64,000 nt of DNA, taken from the IMG/VR virus record IMGVR_UViG_3300024999_000066, positions 25,920-89,919 of that record; one strand, written 5' to 3'. Position 1 is the stretch's first letter. Every line of letters begins with the position of its first letter. This document shows, piece by piece, positions 63,141 to 64,000 of the stretch. The position numbers and the translations under genes are program-made. The notes under the pieces were generated by a model. It was not told the DNA's origin, did not search any database, and worked only from the letters and a program-made list of their open reading frames with translations. The stretch is from a virus.

Positions 63141-63169
63141 TTGACAAGAGTGTTCGCAAGGCCTATAGT
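63141..63169 (+). promoter_or_regulatory. early sigma70-like promoter
   Basis: TTGACA-17-TATAGT; AC-rich leader. Confidence 0.75.
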
Positions 63170-63207
63170 TACCTCACAGACAACGAAACACACAAAGGAA
63201 TACGGAC

Positions 63208-63363
63208 ATGACCACTTACACCATCATCGACATTCAGACCAAATCTCAAGTAGGTAAAGTCTATAACGACCGCAGCCGTGCTCGTAAACAAGCTGATCGT
63301 CTTGACCTGAAGTATGGAGCTGTACGGTACATCGTCAAACCACACTTTGCTGAAGAGGTGTAA
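63208..63363 (+). CDS. small hypothetical protein (51 aa, not in ORF track)
   Basis: AAGGA RBS; ARKQADRLDLKYGAVRY. Confidence 0.6.
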   Translation: MTTYTIIDIQTKSQVGKVYNDRSRARKQADRLDLKYGAVRYIVKPHFAEEV

Positions 63364-63364
63364 C

Positions 63365-63565
63365 ATGATCAAGCTCAAGTGTCACACATCTGTCGTTATG
63401 AACACTGGTGAAGTGGCCTTTAAGGCTGGGGAAGAGTATTGGTTTACCCTTAAGGCTAATGGGAACATTGAAAGGTGGACTGGTAATTCCTTACATAAGT
63501 TTATGTGTTATGGCCCTAGTAAGTGGGTGAATTATTTTGTTAAAGAATTGGAGGTGGTAGCATGA
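63365..63565 (+). CDS. hypothetical protein
   Basis: GAGGTG RBS before ATG at 63365. Confidence 0.55.
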   Translation: MIKLKCHTSVVMNTGEVAFKAGEEYWFTLKANGNIERWTGNSLHKFMCYGPSKWVNYFVKELEVVA

Positions 63566-63765
63566 GTATGGTAATGTGTCGCTGCAAGAATTGCAGTAGA
63601 AATACTCTAGGAGTTAAAACAGGTCTTTCAGGTGGTGGCCATTTTGTGGGTTTGGTCTTGACGCTGCTTACCGGACTGTTGTTTGCTCCCTTGTACTTAC
63701 TGATGATCCTGTGCAGCGGCACTACAAGGTGCTCAGTGTGTGGAAGCGTTGCGAAGAAGTTGTAG
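63562..63765 (+). CDS. Zn-ribbon protein with central membrane hairpin (LITAF-like architecture)
   Basis: CKNC..hydrophobic segment..CSVC. Confidence 0.6.
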   Translation: MSMVMCRCKNCSRNTLGVKTGLSGGGHFVGLVLTLLTGLLFAPLYLLMILCSGTTRCSVCGSVAKKL

Positions 63766-63830
63766 AGTAAAAATCGTTGTAAAAACTAAAGCCCTCTTGA
63801 TTGAGGGCACAATCTATGAGGAAAGGAAAG

Positions 63831-64000
63831 TTGAAAAGCTATAAGAGTGTTGAGGTGGGTGGTTTGTACGAGACAAACAATTTTGGTGTGCTTGAGGTGG
63901 TGTCTATCAATAGTTCAGTTAAAGCGACCATCAGATTCGTTGAGTCTGGATATATAACAGAGGCAGAACTAGGCTCTATCCGGACAGGCCAGGTAAAGGA
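63831..64000 (+). CDS. 5' part of a probable HNH-type homing endonuclease, cut by the window edge
   Basis: GGLYETNNFGVLEVV..IRFVESGY..SIRTGQVK resembles the N-terminal repeat of phage HNH/AP2 endonucleases. Confidence 0.45.
   Translation, partial: MKSYKSVEVGGLYETNNFGVLEVVSINSSVKATIRFVESGYITEAELGSIRTGQVK

Noticed and set aside
1-64000. Genome-wide TAG recoding
   Set aside because: TAG ends conserved genes at expected positions (portal, tail terminator, nrdA after CLACQ), and no suppressor tRNA is seen.
1-64000. CRISPR array, integrase/att site, rRNA, reverse transcriptase or DGR
   Set aside because: No regularly spaced repeats, recombinase motifs, rRNA sequence or YxDD reverse transcriptase found by eye.

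Overview
About 64 kb of a lytic-type myovirus genome (contractile tail; no integrase or repressor seen). The host is probably a Pseudomonas or related gammaproteobacterium (inference only). Layout: (1) 1-3.2 kb, an RNA-rich island with tRNA-Gly, an RNA with four exposed UCUCC (anti-Shine-Dalgarno-like) segments, a degenerate tRNA-like fold and a ~450-nt highly structured RNA containing a tRNA-like module; (2) 3.3-30.2 kb (+), packaging, head, tail, baseplate, fibre/tailspike and lysis genes. terL is split by an ORF-less group I intron (5586-5842) that the ORF track misses, and the tail chaperone has a -1 frameshift; (3) 30.2-51.3 kb (-), nucleotide metabolism and replication (nrdA, nrdB, thyX, dut, nucleases, SSB, family B DNA polymerase, T7-like primase-helicase); (4) 51.4-64 kb (+), small early genes behind strong sigma70-like promoters, including a second TV-Pol-like (PolA/T7-RNAP superfamily) polymerase and denV. 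At least seven free-standing homing-endonuclease-like genes are scattered through the window. The best candidates for undescribed biology are the ncRNA island, the TV-Pol-like protein and an HExxH protein with a tail-tube-like N-terminus. All calls were made by eye from motifs and base pairing; no searches were run.
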